64,000 nt of DNA, from the NCBI GenBank assembly GCA_964371245.1, contig CAYJKP010000001.1, forward strand, positions 571,042-635,041, read 5' to 3'. Shown piece by piece: positions 48,918 through 58,712 of this stretch. Position numbers and translations under genes: made by a program. The stretch comes from an uncultured Gammaproteobacteria bacterium. GTDB taxonomy: Bacteria; Patescibacteriota; Patescibacteriia; JAHIZJ01. Under the pieces are notes generated by a model. That model was not told the DNA's origin. It saw nothing but the letters and a program-made list of their open reading frames with translations, and searched no databases. Position 1 is the first letter of the stretch, and each line of letters begins with the position of its first letter.

Positions 48918-49394
48918 ATGAAAGTAAAAACAACACTCCTGATCGTTTTCGTTATCGCGCTGCTCGGTGTCGCCTTTTCCGGCTATCTCACCTATTATAA
49001 TTACTGGGGTGGTGGCTGTCAGGAAGCGATCGTCAGCTGCGGTGGTGGTGGTAAAACCGTGGAAATCTTCGGTTTGCCAACCTGCGTGTATGGCCTCTTC
49101 ATGTTTTCGCTCGTTGCCATCCTCAGCTTGATTGGTCTGGCGAAAAATAAGCGCTCATATCTGACCGCCAATCTCATTATTTCATTGATCGGCACGCTTT
49201 TTGCCCTCGGGGTGTCAATCTATGAGATTTGGATAATAAAGATTGCCGTTTCCGGTCTGCCCGCCTGCGCTTATGGGTTTTTCATCTATCTCGCTGCGCT
49301 CATCGCCGCATTCATCGGATATCGCTCGAAGGGGGAACAATTACCGTTGGTTCCACCAGTCACCCCAACCACGCCGACGACAACCAAGCCGTAA
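48918..49394 (+). CDS. Integral membrane protein with a Cx6C loop and an internally duplicated GLP(T/A)C(V/A)YG motif; Pro/Thr-rich tail
   Basis: A 158-aa protein with four predicted transmembrane helices. It has no CxxC motif, so it is not a canonical VKOR or DsbB. Confidence 0.5.
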   Translation: MKVKTTLLIVFVIALLGVAFSGYLTYYNYWGGGCQEAIVSCGGGGKTVEIFGLPTCVYGLFMFSLVAILSLIGLAKNKRSYLTANLIISLIGTLFALGVSIYEIWIIKIAVSGLPACAYGFFIYLAALIAAFIGYRSKGEQLPLVPPVTPTTPTTTKP

Positions 49395-49401
49395 CAAATA
49401 G

Positions 49402-49438
49402 AAAAACTCCGCGGCGTAACCGCGGAGTTTTTTATTTC
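49402..49438 (+). terminator. Bidirectional rho-independent terminator (CTCCGCGGcgtaaCCGCGGAG followed by TTTTTTATTT)
   Basis: A perfect 8-bp stem is preceded by an A-run and followed by a T-run, between convergent genes. Confidence 0.8.
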
Positions 49439-49458
49439 AACAGAATAACGACAGTTAA

Positions 49459-49971
49459 CTAGCTCTCAGTTGTGTAGGTACCGATCACAACGATTGTCTT
49501 GCCTTCGTCGCCCGGGTTAATTCCAACTGAGATGACGCGGTTGTTTTTTTGACCGCCAATGGCCGCACCGTCACTAGTCGCCATCGACAATGTTATTTCC
49601 CAGCCGTCGGCCTTCAATTTTTGATCATACAGCGCCTTAAGATCACTCACCGATTGGGTAGCCTCGATCGAAATCGTATAGCCATTTGTTTCGGTCGAGG
49701 TAATCGCCGCCGTTATCTTGCCGTCCACCACATAGATGTCACTCGGAAAATTTGATGGCAGGCTGACATTGTCGCCGGCTTCCCACGAACCACCGTTGGT
49801 GTTTACATGAACCGTGTTGTTATTGACATCGACGTCGGCTTGACCGTTCGTTGCCGTTTCAATGGCTTTTTCCGCCGCCTTGTCTGACGCCTTTTTTCCG
49901 CAACCGATAATGCCAAGTGACATCACCAACACGATCGGAATAATGAGAAAAATTCTTTTATTTATCACCAT
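49459..49971 (-). CDS. Lipoprotein, hypothetical
   Basis: The likely start is MVINKRIFLIIPIVLVMSLGIIGCGKK, which carries a lipobox. Confidence 0.6.
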   Translation of the reverse strand: MVINKRIFLIIPIVLVMSLGIIGCGKKASDKAAEKAIETATNGQADVDVNNNTVHVNTNGGSWEAGDNVSLPSNFPSDIYVVDGKITAAITSTETNGYTISIEATQSVSDLKALYDQKLKADGWEITLSMATSDGAAIGGQKNNRVISVGINPGDEGKTIVVIGTYTTES

Positions 49972-50149
49972 TGGTTTGTTGTTAATTTTTACTATAAAAA
50001 AGCGCACAATAAACGCCGACGAAACTTGAACCCGTTTTTCTTGTCAAAAAACGCTTTGGAAGCACCCATTCAACACTAACAATTATAGCATCCCTGCTCC
50101 ACCGGGTAAATATGGTTGATCATTTTTTCCACCTTCGAAATATAAGGAC

Positions 50150-50189
50150 AATAAAAAGCGATCGTTGGACGATCGCTTAAGAATGTGCC
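50150..50189 (-). terminator. Terminator hairpin (AAGCGATCGtccaaCGATCGCTT) with a U-run on the minus strand
   Basis: It lies downstream of the 50194-50487 ORF. Confidence 0.5.
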
Positions 50190-50193
50190 ATTG

Positions 50194-50487
50194 TCAGGTC
50201 GGGTGTTGGAACTCACCATTGAGCCGGTAAAACCATTCGCCTGTACCTTGCTCAATGCAGTTGCCGTTTGGTTCTACTCGGATCTGCCGCACGGACAGAC
50301 CCAGCGGAATACTCAGGACAACCGCTGTTTCCTGAGGGACGGATAGTGCGCGATGGTCGCGCAAGTACTGAAGTAGGTCTTCCTGAAGTGCTTCGCGCCA
50401 GTCCTGACGAGCGGCCACGTTGAGCTCCGCCACTAACCGCTGCTCCCTTTGCCGTTCCCAGTCCATGGTCCAGCCCTCCCATTGCAA
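50194..50487 (-). CDS. Hypothetical protein in a GC-rich patch
   Basis: A 97-aa ORF of about 60% GC with its own terminator. No domain was recognised. Confidence 0.3.
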   Translation of the reverse strand: MQWEGWTMDWERQREQRLVAELNVAARQDWREALQEDLLQYLRDHRALSVPQETAVVLSIPLGLSVRQIRVEPNGNCIEQGTGEWFYRLNGEFQHPT

Positions 50488-50740
50488 GAAAGAACAAAAA
50501 ATGCCGCCTGGTATTTGGCGGCTTATGCTTTACTTTGTTGTTGCTCGCTAGCCGGACCGCCGAATACCAAATCGAATACCAAAGAAAATGTCTTTCTTGA
50601 TAACGATTTGGTTCGATTGTCGGCTAGATGGTTTCATAATCGGTATTCACAGATTATCAGACCACAACATGGCTGTCAAACTTGGCTCGTAATTAACCTG
50701 GGAATTATTTTAGCCACGCTGGCCACTACCGTATAAAAGG

Positions 50741-51328
50741 TTATTGCACTCTAAACATTTTCCCGTGCCCCGGCACGATATAGTCCGCGCGCTGTAATAC
50801 GGTTTTACGACTATCGTGCAAAGCGACATTATCCTTGAGATACGGATCGGCGTGATTCATCAGGCTTCGCTTGTCCGTTTTCTGATGTTCGTGATCATAC
50901 CACCAGAATACATCGCCCGCGACGGCGACGGTGCCGTACTGCGTCGATGGAACGATAACAGTGCAATGAAACGGGTCGTGGCCAGGCGTTTTTATGATCT
51001 CGATGTCCGTTCCGGGAACTTTTCCACCATGTGATTTGATTGCCCCGTCCCAGGAATATGTCTCCGTAACATCGAGAATTTTAGCCTTTTCAAAAATTCC
51101 GGCTAAGAGTACGTGATCGAGATGATAATGAGTCACAATCACATAATCTATGTCAACCGGGGCGAGGCTTTCTGTTTTTAATGCAGCCAGCAATCGTCCC
51201 CGGTCCATGCCCGGATCAACGATAATATGCAGGTCGTTCCACCGAATCAGCGTCGTTGAGGCCGAAGCGACCTCGCTGCCTTTTTCAGTTCGGACAAATC
51301 CCTCTAAAATAACTTTGAGTTGTGTCAT
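50741..51328 (-). CDS. MBL-fold metallo-hydrolase
   Basis: The THYHLDH motif is present. 195 aa. Confidence 0.85.
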   Translation of the reverse strand: MTQLKVILEGFVRTEKGSEVASASTTLIRWNDLHIIVDPGMDRGRLLAALKTESLAPVDIDYVIVTHYHLDHVLLAGIFEKAKILDVTETYSWDGAIKSHGGKVPGTDIEIIKTPGHDPFHCTVIVPSTQYGTVAVAGDVFWWYDHEHQKTDKRSLMNHADPYLKDNVALHDSRKTVLQRADYIVPGHGKMFRVQ

Positions 51329-51332
51329 ATTA

Positions 51333-51953
51333 TTACTCCTCTATTAACGTATATAGATCGTCCATGTTTCTAAAGATATAATCCGGCTGAGCCGCCTTTA
51401 ACCGTTCTTCCGTGTACGCGCCCCAGCAAACACCCGCGGACAGGATACCGGCATTGCGACCCACTTCTATTTCATAATCACTATCACCAATGAAGATGCT
51501 AGCATCGGCTGCCAAGTCGTATGCCTGTACGATTTCCCGTACCGCCTCGGCTTTTTCATGAACTTCAGACACTACTTTTTCAAACACTCCGTTTAATCCA
51601 TATTCGTCGATCTCACGAAGAATGTGTATTTTCGGATCCGAGCTGACCACGAATAATTTCACGCGGCGGTTTCGACAGCGTTGCAGAAATTCAACCATGC
51701 CCGGATAAACTTCTGGTTTTGGGCACCGTTCATACGCGTCACGGTAAATCGGATGCTGCTGGTCGTTGGTCAAATCGGGTAGATAGCGATTATAAAACTT
51801 CATATACGGCATTTGCCAGACATTTCTGAATTCATCCAGCCCTATCTCCGCGACTCCAAAATGTTTCAGTACGGCCATGGCAGCGCAATGCGTCGTCCTG
51901 ACGTTATCATTTATGACGCCCGACCAGTCAAAGATGATGTTATGGATCATCAT
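51333..51953 (-). CDS. HAD-superfamily hydrolase
   Basis: Motif I is IIFDWSGV and motif IV is GDSDYE. Confidence 0.8.
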   Translation of the reverse strand: MMIHNIIFDWSGVINDNVRTTHCAAMAVLKHFGVAEIGLDEFRNVWQMPYMKFYNRYLPDLTNDQQHPIYRDAYERCPKPEVYPGMVEFLQRCRNRRVKLFVVSSDPKIHILREIDEYGLNGVFEKVVSEVHEKAEAVREIVQAYDLAADASIFIGDSDYEIEVGRNAGILSAGVCWGAYTEERLKAAQPDYIFRNMDDLYTLIEE

Positions 51954-51954
51954 T

Positions 51955-52575
51955 TTATAATACTAATAATTTCTTCAATATCCGCTCAACGCCTTCCACG
52001 CCGACGAACGAATGCGCCCGTATCCCCAACTTTCCGGCGATCGCCACATTGTGTTTGGAGTCATCAAAATAGAGGCATTCTTCGGGCTTGAGTTTATTTT
52101 CCCTGAGAATCTTTTTATACGCCCGGGGATCCGGTTTGACATAACCGGTCTGCCAGGAATAGTAAATTCGGGTAAACAGTTTTTTCATAAACGGGAAGGT
52201 GTTCCGGTAATACGCCGCGCGCTCGCGAAAATTATTCGACAAGATGAACATCTGAATTCCCCGCTGCCTAACCTTCCTGCCCAGACGTATCATTGGGACA
52301 ACGGGCTTTTCGTCCTTGAACCAATAATTGAAGAATTGCGTCTTTGACAAAGCAACGCCCCAGATCCGGAAATGCTTCCGCCAATAGGAAAACAAATCCC
52401 GTTCGTTCGGCCGTCTGGCCTTGTTTAGGGTTTTTTTCAGCACCGGCATAAAAACGGCCGGCGGCACTCCGAAATCATCCCGGAAGCGGTCGCTTAAATA
52501 CCGGCTCTGGATGAAAACGCCGTTTAAATCGAATATGATAGCTTTGATCTTTTTCACGCAAGCACAGTATACCAA
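51955..52575 (-). CDS. HAD-superfamily hydrolase
   Basis: Motif I is IIFDLNGV and motif IV is YFDDS. Confidence 0.75.
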   Translation of the reverse strand: MVYCACVKKIKAIIFDLNGVFIQSRYLSDRFRDDFGVPPAVFMPVLKKTLNKARRPNERDLFSYWRKHFRIWGVALSKTQFFNYWFKDEKPVVPMIRLGRKVRQRGIQMFILSNNFRERAAYYRNTFPFMKKLFTRIYYSWQTGYVKPDPRAYKKILRENKLKPEECLYFDDSKHNVAIAGKLGIRAHSFVGVEGVERILKKLLVL

Positions 52576-52607
52576 TAAATATCTGGTCTCGCCACGCCAA
52601 GATAGTT

Positions 52608-52820
52608 TTACTGCTGACCCGGCTCTATTCTCTGTACCCGACCAACTTCTCCGCTTTCTAAACGAACCTTTATCCCCCGCGGGTGGAAGCCGGAGCTGGT
52701 CAGGATGTCCTTAACGACCCCATCGGTCAATTTGCCCGTTGGCTGGTCTTTCTTTAACACAACAGATACGCGCAAACCGGGGTAAATATCGTCTCTCTTT
52801 TGACCGTCCATTACTATCAC
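52608..52820 (-). CDS. YwbE/DUF2196 family small protein
   Basis: MDGQKRDDIYPGLRVSVVLKKDQPTGKLTDGVVKDILTSSGFHPRGIKVRLESGEVGRVQ matches B. subtilis YwbE nearly motif for motif. Confidence 0.7.
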   Translation of the reverse strand: MIVMDGQKRDDIYPGLRVSVVLKKDQPTGKLTDGVVKDILTSSGFHPRGIKVRLESGEVGRVQRIEPGQQ

Positions 52821-52873
52821 CCTTGTTTTTTATTGCTGCGGTTCAATCTGAATATTTCGACCGGATCGGTGGC

Positions 52874-53692
52874 CTATTCGGCAATCGTAATCGGTACTGA
52901 TGATGCTTCGGTTCCGTTGACATTAAACTTTATGGAGTACTGCCCGGCCGTTGCAGGCAGCGCAAAGCAACAGTTGCCATTGGTCCCGTTGATAAGATCA
53001 AATTGCATGCTTGGACCATCAACGACTTGACCGGCACTATCAGCCACGCTGAAGGTCAGTTTTGCCCCAGTTGAAAAAGTTCCCGTCGCACCAAACCCGA
53101 ATTGGTCGCCTATTTTGAAATCCGTCGTCGTGGTGTACCTCGTGCTTGGATCAAAGGTCGTGCCAACCGGTATGCGTTGGAGCTCAACATTGGTTATTAC
53201 ATTTGTGCCGCTCGTATTGGTAGTATTTGTGTTGTTTGTGTTGCTGTTAACTGGATTTAAATTTATTACCGAAACGGTCAGGCTGCCGCAGGCGCGATCA
53301 GCGCATTGTAATTGATAGGTCCCGCCCGGGTCAGTGTTGACGATATTCGTTGAAAAAACGCCACTTGTAGATCTAGCGTCCGTTCCAACAAAGATGAAAT
53401 CAACCGGCTGATTATCACTGGTCAGCGTCACCTGCACATTGTCGCCGGCGTAAAAAGTCATCGTATTGTAATTGAACGCGCCGTTTACCAGTTTTAAGGT
53501 AAAAACCTTTGTCGTGCCCGACATTGTAAATGGGGCTTCCCCGGGATTGGTATTTGTGTTAACTGCGCTGTTTTCGTTTTCATTACTGTTTGTCGTTGTA
53601 TTCGTGTTGGTGTTTTTTGCCTTGCCGCAGCCAACCAATAGTGAAACTGCGACAATCATAATGGCAGACATTAACAGTCTTTTGTTGTTCAT
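52874..53692 (-). CDS. Lipoprotein with N/T-rich low-complexity linkers, hypothetical
   Basis: The lipobox is LLVGCGK. NTNTNTTTNSNEN linkers are present. Confidence 0.6.
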   Translation of the reverse strand: MNNKRLLMSAIMIVAVSLLVGCGKAKNTNTNTTTNSNENENSAVNTNTNPGEAPFTMSGTTKVFTLKLVNGAFNYNTMTFYAGDNVQVTLTSDNQPVDFIFVGTDARSTSGVFSTNIVNTDPGGTYQLQCADRACGSLTVSVINLNPVNSNTNNTNTTNTSGTNVITNVELQRIPVGTTFDPSTRYTTTTDFKIGDQFGFGATGTFSTGAKLTFSVADSAGQVVDGPSMQFDLINGTNGNCCFALPATAGQYSIKFNVNGTEASSVPITIAE

Positions 53693-53754
53693 ACATTCTC
53701 CTTGGAAGTATTATTAATCAACGTCACTTTTAATCATTATATCACGGTGGCAAT

Positions 53755-56490
53755 CTAGAACAAACCGCCTGCCACATCCACTCCGCCACGAAATGTTTGC
53801 CCATAAGCGAAGAAACTCACCGCCAGAGCGCGGCCGTTCGCTTCGAATGCCCGAACCTGTGGTCCGCCGCCGGGGCCGGCGCCGGTGATTATTTCCATTT
53901 TCAAATCATGGTCAATATCCAGCAGCGTAACATTGGCGCCAACCTCCGCTGATCCATAGGCGTTCCACTCGCCGATAATCGTTTGCTGTGAATTGTAACG
54001 GTATACCTTTATCCTGGCCGTACCTTTTTTCAGAGGCGCGACGACGATCTCCGCCTTGCCATCGTTGTCGACGTCGCCGGCGGCCACGTCAACGCCCGTG
54101 CGTGAATCAGGCCGAAAGGCGAAAAACGATATCGGCTTAATTTTACCGTTCTTGTCGCCAGCTTTGTAGTCAAACACGACAATGTGAGGCCCGCCGCCGG
54201 TGCCGGCGCCGATGATCAATTCGTCGCGGCCATCGCGGTCGACGTCGCCCATAGCCACAGTCGCGCCGCATTCGACGTTGCCGAAAACATTCCGTTCAAA
54301 CAAGATTGTTTGTTTTGCATTGTAGCGGTACACCTTCACCCAGGCCTGCGCGCCCGAAAATTGGGAGACGGCGATGTCATCCTTGCCGTCCCCGTCAAAA
54401 TCACCGCTCGCCACGTCAATGCCGCCGCGGTAATTTTTATGAAAAGGAAACAATTGAATGGCTCGTGGCCTTCCGTTTTTCTCGAACACCCGGACTTGTG
54501 AACCGCCGCCGGGGCCGGCGCCGGTGATGATTTCAGCCTGGCCGTCATCGTCAATATCGCCAGTGGCCACCCGCGCCCCGCCCCGAAAAGCCGTATTATA
54601 GGCGAATAAACCATTCGGAAAATAATCAGCAACGCCCCGGATATTAAAGGCGCGGATATGAGCTGTCCCGCCAGGACCGGCGCCGGTGACGATGAGAGGA
54701 TTGATTATGTTTACAGCGAAAAACGAGGCATGGTTAACCGTAAAACTGCAAACGCCGCTGGCAACCGTGCAGTACGTCTCATTCGCCCAGGCCACGCCGT
54801 TTTCATCCAATGATTGAATCTGTAACGCCTGGTCGTTGTATTTCACCCCGACGATGAGCGAAACGGTAACCGGCAGGCTGAATTCAAGGTTCAGGTGAGG
54901 AATGCCGAATCTAATCGTCGCGATCGTTTTTCCCGAGAGATTGTTATCAATAATCTCATCAACGCTGAAGGCTTCGTTGATCATTTTGTAAAACGCAAAC
55001 TTGCCGCCTTCTTTCCTCGTGACCACCGTGTTTTCAGGAAACGTAACCGTGGCTTTATCGGAACTAAACGCCCATTCTCTCTCGATCACCAAGCGGGACG
55101 TCTCAACCGTATTGGAAATGGTCAGGCCGGAAGCGCCTGGAAACAAGGCGTTCAGATCATCAGCATATAAATATTCATCGTTCCCCAGCTTGTCGACCAA
55201 GAGCAGATATTCCACTTTCCAGACTCCTTCTTTGCTCGACTTGGGAAACGTGGCCATCGCCTCATATTCGCCGTTCAACTCATTGCCGGATAGACGCGTC
55301 AGGTTGGTAAAATCAACGTATTGCGTGCCGATCAGCGGCGATAGACGCAATTGCGTCTCACTGCTGTTGTAATTGCCGCAGTCACCGGCGATGCACACGC
55401 CCGACTGGTTGTCGGTTAGGGTCACATGCAGCGTCAGCGTCTGGCTGGCCTCGCTCGTGTTTATTTCCGTTGGCGTTACCTCAAACGCCGTTATCTTCGG
55501 CTGCTCTTCATCAGACACGCTACCGTTATTGACGATGTCAGTGGCGCCGTCGCCGAACAAGGCTTCCACGTCAGTCGCAGACAGAAATTCATTGTTACCA
55601 ATTTTATCATTCACAAATAAATAATCGGCGGTCCACGTTCCACCCTTGCTCCCTCGGGGGAAGGTCGCGGTACTAGTGTAAGTACCGTTTAAATCATCGC
55701 CCGACGTTCGGGTGAAACCGGAAAAATCCAGCATTTGCGTTCCACTCGGGGCTTTCAGGCGCAGCTGGGTGGCGCTGCTAATGTAGTCGTCACAATCGCC
55801 TGGAATACAAACGCCCGCATACTCATCAGTCAGCGTCATGGTCAGGGTGACTTCGACATCTACTTCATCCGTATTAATCGTGCTCGGCGATAGATGAAAA
55901 GCGGTGATTTCGGGCCGGTCGTCGTCGTAAATCGTGGCAGTGTTTTGCACGTCGGTTACGCCATCGCCGAACAGCGATTCAAGGTCATCTTTATACAAAC
56001 TCGTACTGTTTCCCAGTTTATCTACCAATAACAGACTGTACGCGCTCCAGATTCCGTTCAGGCTGTATCGTGGCAGTGTCGCGGTCGCCGTGTACGTGCC
56101 ATTCAGGTCATCACCAGAAGTTCTGGTCAGGGAGGCGAAATCAATCCATTGCGTTCCGCTCGTCGGCAACAAGCGAAATTGGGTTTCGCTGCTATGGTAG
56201 TCGCCGCAATCACGGGCGATACACACTCCCGCTTGATCGTCAGTCAGGGTCATGGTTAACGTCAGCTCTACTCCGGCCGGGCCGGTATTCACAGAATCGG
56301 GCGTGAGATTGAAGGCGGTCACCTGAGGTGGAGTTTTGTCCTCGGCCGCCTGGGCCGTAAACATGTTCGAAAGTTTAGTGAAACCAATCGGCAACATCAA
56401 AAAAACCATCATGGTTAGCGCGATGGTTTTCAAAATCCTCTTTTTATTACCGAAAATGCGACTCGTCGTAGGCTGGATAATGGTGTTCAT
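53755..56490 (-). CDS. Secreted FG-GAP repeat protein with three N-terminal ~140-aa tandem repeats
   Basis: The C-terminal half carries GD(I/F/V)DxDGxx(E/D)(I/L)(I/V) FG-GAP motifs five times. The N-terminal half carries a roughly 140-aa unit three times. Confidence 0.8.
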   Translation of the reverse strand: MNTIIQPTTSRIFGNKKRILKTIALTMMVFLMLPIGFTKLSNMFTAQAAEDKTPPQVTAFNLTPDSVNTGPAGVELTLTMTLTDDQAGVCIARDCGDYHSSETQFRLLPTSGTQWIDFASLTRTSGDDLNGTYTATATLPRYSLNGIWSAYSLLLVDKLGNSTSLYKDDLESLFGDGVTDVQNTATIYDDDRPEITAFHLSPSTINTDEVDVEVTLTMTLTDEYAGVCIPGDCDDYISSATQLRLKAPSGTQMLDFSGFTRTSGDDLNGTYTSTATFPRGSKGGTWTADYLFVNDKIGNNEFLSATDVEALFGDGATDIVNNGSVSDEEQPKITAFEVTPTEINTSEASQTLTLHVTLTDNQSGVCIAGDCGNYNSSETQLRLSPLIGTQYVDFTNLTRLSGNELNGEYEAMATFPKSSKEGVWKVEYLLLVDKLGNDEYLYADDLNALFPGASGLTISNTVETSRLVIEREWAFSSDKATVTFPENTVVTRKEGGKFAFYKMINEAFSVDEIIDNNLSGKTIATIRFGIPHLNLEFSLPVTVSLIVGVKYNDQALQIQSLDENGVAWANETYCTVASGVCSFTVNHASFFAVNIINPLIVTGAGPGGTAHIRAFNIRGVADYFPNGLFAYNTAFRGGARVATGDIDDDGQAEIITGAGPGGGSQVRVFEKNGRPRAIQLFPFHKNYRGGIDVASGDFDGDGKDDIAVSQFSGAQAWVKVYRYNAKQTILFERNVFGNVECGATVAMGDVDRDGRDELIIGAGTGGGPHIVVFDYKAGDKNGKIKPISFFAFRPDSRTGVDVAAGDVDNDGKAEIVVAPLKKGTARIKVYRYNSQQTIIGEWNAYGSAEVGANVTLLDIDHDLKMEIITGAGPGGGPQVRAFEANGRALAVSFFAYGQTFRGGVDVAGGLF

Positions 56491-56564
56491 GCCTACTTTT
56501 ATGTTAATGATAAAAGCGGCCTATATGTGCATAGTACCACATAATATCAGTAATTTAAAGCGGC

Positions 56565-58325
56565 TTACCGAATGAACCCGCCTGCTTGAAGCTCCCAGAG
56601 ATGTTTATACAGTCCGTCATTTTTTTGCAAAAGCATCTCGTGCGTCCCTTCCTCGACGATGCCGCCTTTGTCAATGACAATAATCCGATCCATTTTTCTG
56701 ATCGTCGAGAGTCGATGCGCGATGGCCAGCACCGTTTTTCCGGCCATCAATCGGTCGAGGGCTTCCTGAATTAACCGTTCAGACTCGGAGTCCAGGCTTG
56801 ACGTCGCCTCGTCGAGCACCAAAATCGGCGCATCGTACAAGATGGCGCGAGCAATCGCCACCCGCTGACGCTCCCCGCTCGATAGTTTCACGCCGCGCTC
56901 GCCCACATGCGTATGATACCCTTCGGCCAGCGTTGAAATAAACTCATGGCAATTGGCCGCTTTGGCCGCGGTAATTACTTCATCGTCAGAAGCGCCCGGT
57001 TTTCCATACCGAATGTTTTCCATTAAACTCCGATGGAAAAGAATGGGGTCCTGAGGTACGAGACCGATCTGACGGCGCTGGCTCCGCTGCGTGACGTGCG
57101 CGATATCCTGTCCGTCAATGAGTATCCGGCCAGCGGTGACGTCGTGCATGCGCAGGAGAAGTTTGACCAGCGTTGTTTTACCAGCACCGGACGAGCCGAC
57201 AATGGCGAGACGCTCATGCGGCGCCACCTCGAGTGTAAACTGACGCAATACGGACCGCGTCTGTCGATAATTAAAATCAACCCCTTCAAATTGTATTCGG
57301 CCAGCGCTGACCCAGAGATCGCGCGCGCTTGGCGCGTCCGTCACCTCGTAGGGCGTTTCTAGAATCGCAGTCATTTCGTCCGCATCAGCCAAGCTTTCAT
57401 AGATGTGACGGATTACTTTGCCGAAACTCCAAATGCTCATGAACATGTTGATCAGATACGCCTGGATTAATACGAAATCCCCAACTGTCAGGATACCCTG
57501 TTTCCACAGCTTTATCGCGAGATAAAAAATACCGATTTCAAGAAAGGTCATGAGAAAACCTTGGACCGCTTCAAAATAATTACCAAAGTCCCAGGTCAGG
57601 CGACGTAATCGACGCAGTTCTTCGTTTATCGCCCCAAAGCCTTTCACTTCCCGATCATACCCGTCAAATAGCTTGATGGTGCTCTGATTTGTAATCGTAT
57701 CCGCCAAATACCCGGTCGTCTTCGTTTCCGCCTCGCTTCGCTGAATGTCATATTTCAATTTATAGCGGATAAAGAACGCGTTGATGGTAAAGAATATGAC
57801 TAACCAGACCAAAACGCCAACGCCCAAATAGGTATCGCGTTGAAATAATACGGCGATAATGATCGAGATGTTTACCACGAGCGGCAGTAAATCCCACAGC
57901 ACCCGGTCTGAAATAACCTCAAATGACCGCCCGAACCATTTTACTTTTTTGACCAGCGACCCGACGAAATTATCGGTAAAAAAACCAAACGAATGATTCT
58001 GGAGGTACGCAAAGCAGTAATCGGTCAAATCGGTCATGGCCTTGGATTGTGCATAACTGGCGGTGAAGGTGGCCACTCGCCAACAAACCCATTGAACCAA
58101 GCGTAATACCCCAATAATTATCAATACTGATATTAGTTCTTTCGCGATAATGTCCTTCGCACTACCGTTCGTGAGAATGTCAAAAAACTTTTTGAAATAG
58201 AGCGGGACGATAACATTTAACACTGAGGCGGCGATTACCCCGGAAATGGCAAAAGAGACGGTTTTTTTATACCGCAAACTCGCGGACCAATAATGGGCTA
58301 AAGTTTTTCTCGTGTTTTGATTCAT
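56565..58325 (-). CDS. ABC exporter, fused permease and ATP-binding protein (ABCB/MsbA-like)
   Basis: Six N-terminal transmembrane helices plus a nucleotide-binding domain with GSSGAGKTT, LSSGERQR and LVLDEATS. Confidence 0.9.
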   Translation of the reverse strand: MNQNTRKTLAHYWSASLRYKKTVSFAISGVIAASVLNVIVPLYFKKFFDILTNGSAKDIIAKELISVLIIIGVLRLVQWVCWRVATFTASYAQSKAMTDLTDYCFAYLQNHSFGFFTDNFVGSLVKKVKWFGRSFEVISDRVLWDLLPLVVNISIIIAVLFQRDTYLGVGVLVWLVIFFTINAFFIRYKLKYDIQRSEAETKTTGYLADTITNQSTIKLFDGYDREVKGFGAINEELRRLRRLTWDFGNYFEAVQGFLMTFLEIGIFYLAIKLWKQGILTVGDFVLIQAYLINMFMSIWSFGKVIRHIYESLADADEMTAILETPYEVTDAPSARDLWVSAGRIQFEGVDFNYRQTRSVLRQFTLEVAPHERLAIVGSSGAGKTTLVKLLLRMHDVTAGRILIDGQDIAHVTQRSQRRQIGLVPQDPILFHRSLMENIRYGKPGASDDEVITAAKAANCHEFISTLAEGYHTHVGERGVKLSSGERQRVAIARAILYDAPILVLDEATSSLDSESERLIQEALDRLMAGKTVLAIAHRLSTIRKMDRIIVIDKGGIVEEGTHEMLLQKNDGLYKHLWELQAGGFIR

Positions 58326-58359
58326 TGTCTGATTTTGAATAATTCCCGGCGAAAAAGCC

Positions 58360-58435
58360 TGGCTCCGGGGGGTGGACTCGGACCACCGACCTCTCCGTTA
58401 ACAGCGGAGCGTTCTACCAGCTGAACTACCCCGGA
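58360..58435 (-). tRNA. tRNA-Asn (anticodon GTT), CCA encoded
   Basis: The cloverleaf was folded by eye. The acceptor pairs UCCGGGG with CCCCGGA, the D-arm is GUUC/GAAC, the anticodon stem is CUCCG/CGGAG with loop CUGUUAA, the T-arm is GGUGG-UCCGAGU-CCACC and the discriminator is G. Confidence 0.85.
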
Positions 58436-58614
58436 ACGGGGTTCGGGACAAGTCCCGGAATAAATAAAAACTGCCAGTCGGTCTGACTGGCGAGATGACG
58501 CGTTAAACGTAAACTGGCCAGTCAGAACTGGTTAAAATTATTAACGCGGATCATCAAGTTGCTTCTTGTCATATAATTATGATACACCTGATCGCGCATT
58601 TCGTCAACGAGACC

Positions 58615-58643
58615 TTGACAAAATAGCGTTTTTTGGATATATT
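58615..58643 (+). promoter_or_regulatory. Sigma70-like promoter TTGACA-17-TATATT upstream of ORF 58713
   Basis: Read from the sequence. It is preceded by inverted repeats containing ACTGGCCAGT and CCAGTC...GACTGG. Confidence 0.45.
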
Positions 58644-58712
58644 GGTCTGTTCATTGTTCAAAATAACCAGTACAATGATAGTAGACGCTTAGAATATTAA
58701 CCAATTACGAAC

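Noticed and set aside
48918-49394. Calling the Cys-containing four-transmembrane-helix protein a vitamin K epoxide reductase or DsbB homologue
   Set aside because: A Cx6C loop is present but the catalytic CxxC motif is absent. The duplicated motif is GLP(T/A)C(V/A)YG with a single Cys, so a named family call is not supported.
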